Shown here one piece after another: positions 60,144 to 64,000 of a stretch of 64,000 bases of DNA. The notes beneath the pieces were generated by a model, which had not been told where the DNA came from, ran no database searches, and saw nothing but the letters and a program-made list of their open reading frames with translations. Every line of letters begins with the position of its first letter. Position 1 is the first letter of the stretch. The DNA is from Podarcis melisellensis (taxonomy: Eukaryota), in NCBI GenBank assembly GCA_964234715.1, contig OZ174275.1, one strand, 5' to 3'. A program made the translations under genes and the position numbers.

Positions 60144-62741
60144 ATTATTTGTATCCTGTCCTCCCCGGCTGAGGCTGGGCTCATCATAAAAGTACTCCTT
60201 CACTGTGCCAGCTCCTGGGCTGACACAGTAAAGAGCCCTGGATCAAACCTGCTGCACCAACAGTGACCCAGGAGCAGTCCACCAGAACTAGAAACATCAG
60301 GTTTTGGTGAGTGCTGCCAGTGGTAACATGTACCTGCCCTTCGTTGGCAGGGCTTCCCCTCCAACAGCAAAGCTCCCTATCAGCAGAGGCTTGCTCAGCA
60401 GGGCAAAGCTGGGCACTTTTGCTCCATCCAAAATCCTTCCAACACAATGCATCAGAGGACTTGGTTGTTCTATGCACTGGCTAATAGTGTAAAAGATTTT
60501 TTTTACCAGGAAGCATTTTCATATGTAATTATCTTTGCTGAAACTGTGAATTAAATATACCATAACTGGTTTCAGTAATATCAATCCCCAGTATGTAGTT
60601 GTTCACTGCATGGATATTTCAGACACTGTCTTTGTCAACTGACTACACATTGTGGCAAGAAACCAATTCATTCTCCACTCACCAGAAAGCAGAGCCATTG
60701 TAAACATCCAACAGAACATCCAACAGTAAGGCAAAATGGTCTAATGGTGACAGTGTTGTTTGCTTTTACAAATTTGTTTCTGAATTTTAAACTTCACTAT
60801 CTCATGTCAATTCCAACTCAGGTGGAAAATACAAGAGTGCACAAGCTTGCATCAACGGACTAACAAAGTATAGTATACACATAAACAGCAGCTACTATAT
60901 TAAGAAGAATAAAGAACGGAAATGATAGTGGCAAGAGTGGTAAAAAAGTTTCAGGGCTTAACATGAAAGGTACATAATCCCCCTCCCCCATAAGTTCTCT
61001 TTAAAGATGTGAAAGAAGGCCTTCTATTTACAAATTCAGACTTGTAAAAAGTTAATCTTTAAGACAGAAACTACCTTAATGACAAATATTAGAGTATTCC
61101 TCATTTTTTCCATAAAAAAAGCTTCCAATATACCTTTATGGACTATTCAGATATACCAATTACAAGTCACAGTCACTTTTGCCATTTAATTATCAGCAAT
61201 GTGTCTCACATAGATTTTTATTTACTTTCTCACACCTCACATATCTTAAGTTTCAAAGTCCAATTTCTGTTTACATTTGAAGTAAAGCACCAAGTTTACT
61301 GCCCACATAAATATTTTCAAGTTGGCTTTGCAGCCAGCTATGGATTGCCCTGACTACTCCAGTAAATAAGCATTGTGAAAACACAGATGGAAGAACTGAT
61401 CCCAATAGTGGCCGAGGTACCACTGTACTGTTTAAATATCCATGTGAAACTGCTGGGTGATGTTGCCTATAAGTTTGAGGTTTGGTGTCAAAGCTAATTA
61501 CAGTACTCAAGTTCCTTTCAGATTTTCCCATCTGATCCTAGGGAAGTATTAAGATGTCCTCAATAGGTGTCTTGGATCACTGAGGGACTGATTAGTGAGT
61601 GAACAAAATAGTAATGCAGACAGATGAAAGTGCTGTTGACTGGAATTCTGAAACTGACTTTTAGATGCAGGCTATTTAAGGCTTTACTTAAAGGATGGAC
61701 TGCTCCCATGTGAATCTACTGTTAGACATAGATCTTCCTCTATGTTCATCTACTATTTAAAGTATATTGGAGGAGGGATTACCTTTCAAGAGGCCACCAA
61801 GTCTAGAAGTCACTTCTGAGGAAAAATCAGATCCATCCTTTCGGGCATACCAACAGCTAGTAAATGTGCCCTTGGAGTGCTTTGGTAGCTCTATTTTTGA
61901 AGGGATCTCCCTCTTTGGCTTGATATTTTCTTTGTTTCCTTGCTAGGATTTGTTTTGCTTACAGCTACTGGTTTTAATCAAATAGCTGTTGATTTTAATA
62001 GAGAGAATAGTTGTTTTAATATATAACTGATTGTTGGCTGTCTCATGGATGCTTTTTTATTCAAAAGCCAGAATGTAAAATATAAATTTAAAGTGCTGTT
62101 ACAACCACCATAAAACTAGATATATTCTAAGATGTTCACCAAGGACATGAATGAAGGACTGCTAAACACTGGCATTTTTGAAGTGATGTTTCATTCCATG
62201 TGTCTGAAATTGATATATAATAAGGGATTTTGGATGGACCTAACACTTCCAAAGGTATCTGATCTGTTAAGTAGAATGTGCAGGAAGCAATGTAATGAAC
62301 TGTGTAGGCTCTACACAAAGAGTAAATGAGTTAGAAGAAACATCCCTGTAAATGTTGTTTACCCGAAACTTGCTCTTTGAATGACCGTATTGGCCTGAAT
62401 ATAAGCCTCACTTCTTTTTTTCCAAGTTCTGACTGTGAAAAGTTAAAGTGCGGCTTAAATTCGTGACCTTACAAAAATTGGCTTTTACAATATCACTGCT
62501 GAAACAGACATATGGTAAAACGGAACGGGTATGAGAGCCTGCAAATTTTAAAGGTGTGGCTTATATTCAGGCCAATATGGTAATGCTTTACAAAGTCCTT
62601 TGAAACCTTGTAAACATTATCATTTGCAAGCATTAAAAATTCAATTGTGCAGGAAATCTCACTAGGGGCTATAATGTGAAATGAAATGAAAGTCACACTT
62701 GCCCCTAGAATGACCAGCAAACTGAAAATACAGAAACAATA

Positions 62742-62943
62742 CAGTCATACCTCGGGTTAAATATGCTTCGAGTTGCGCTCCGCAGCAACCCGGAAGTAAC
62801 AGAGCATGTTACTTCCGGATTTCGCCACTTGCGCATGCGCAGATGCTCAAAATACATCACCCACATGTGCAGATGTGCCGTCACTAGATACGTTTACCTC
62901 TAGATGCGAACGGGGCTCCGGAACGTATCTAGAGGTACCACTG
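62742..62943. mobile_element. Tc1/mariner-pogo MITE with a different internal sequence
   Basis: TA|cagtcatacctc...gaggtaccactg|TA; CpG-rich interior. Confidence 0.75.
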
Positions 62944-63442
62944 TACACTCTTTCCAAAACCTCATTTTAAGCTAATTTCTTCAATGCTCAGTTGATTTTC
63001 TTCCATTTTCACCTCATTTTCCATTATTTTGAAGTTTCCTACATTGTAGGGAAAGTAGAAACTGCCTTCTCTTTGGAATATCCTTTTAAATAATAAAAAG
63101 CTTTGAACACATACTTTGGATCAACATACCCAATTTATTTAGTCTTTACTTCAGACTTTTTACTACTTCTGCAGCTCTTTTCAGAATTTATTCTACTTTG
63201 TCAACATCCTTCTTGAACTGTGACATCCAGATGTCTCACTAGTGCTGAACAAAGCTCCATCTATACTTTTTATGGCTGCAATACTACACATATTTTCCTG
63301 GGGGTAAATGTACTGAACTCATTGGGACTTCAGACTAGAAATGTGTAAGATTGAAGAGAGAGCTGTGGCTCTTTTACATACACAAAACTTTAATTTTCTA
63401 ACATCAAACTAGTAATCTTGGGTGTATTAAGGAAGTTTGCTT

Positions 63443-63762
63443 CGCTGTGGGTTAAACCACAGAGCCCAGGACTTGCCGATCAGAAGGTCGGCGGTTTGAA
63501 TCTCAGCGACGGGGTGAGCTCCCATTGCTCAGTCCCAGCTCCTGCCAACCTAGCAGTTTGAAAGCACGTCAAAGTGCAAGCAGATAAATAGGTACTGCTC
63601 CGGCGGGAAGGTAAACGGCGTTTCCGTACGCTACTCTGGTTCGCCAGAAGCGGCTTAGTCATGCTGGCCACATGACCCCCCCTCGGCCAATAAAGCAAGA
63701 TGAGCGCCGCAACCCCAGAGTCGGCCACAACTGGACCTAATGGTCATGGGTCCCTTTACCTT
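63443..63762 (+). mobile_element. Sauria SINE, slightly 5'-truncated with a small internal deletion
   Basis: Reverse-complement match to 40373-40728; ends ccctttacctt; no clear TSD. Confidence 0.85.
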
Positions 63763-64000
63763 GCAATTTCTTTAAGTTTTACTGCAAGCAGTTCCTTTTG
63801 ACAGACACACATTTCCTAACTTTGGGTGCTGCAAGAGATACACCCTTCCTTGGTATGCCAATTTTTTTCTTGCCAAAGCCAGTATTCACTATTATATAGG
63901 CATGACAGGGAAGTCACACTATGGCACAGATTCGCTTACACTGGAATAATGGCTGTCAAGACCCAGAGCTTTATTACAAGGGCCATATTCTTTATCCCCA

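Overview
Vertebrate nuclear DNA, AT-rich and CpG-poor. Sauria SINEs indicate a squamate, probably a lacertid-type lizard. Two intron-containing genes lie head-to-tail on the minus strand. (1) FAR1 (fatty acyl-CoA reductase 1): coding exons span 29374-49356 and splice into a 515-aa protein (516 aa from the first of two tandem ATGs); the 5' non-coding exon and promoter appear to lie beyond position 64000. (2) The 5' end (TATA box, exons 1-3) of an ovochymase/oviductin-type trypsin-family protease, most likely OVCH2, running off the left edge. The rest is intron and intergenic DNA with Sauria SINEs, L1/L2/CR1 LINE fragments, hAT and Tc1/mariner-pogo MITEs, microsatellites and two assembly gaps. 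The strongest second-look item is FAR1 isoform architecture: two homologous exon-9 copies that must be used mutually exclusively (one complete, one mostly hidden in an N-gap). Also notable are a duplicated exon-11 splice-acceptor region that would stop FAR1 just before its membrane anchor, an 82-bp inverted duplication in a GC-AG intron, and a young hAT MITE carrying telomere-type repeats upstream of the alternative exons. I see no prokaryote-type system (CRISPR, operon, defence island) and cannot establish that anything here is undescribed. Exon numbers and comparisons to mammalian genes are from memory, not from a search.
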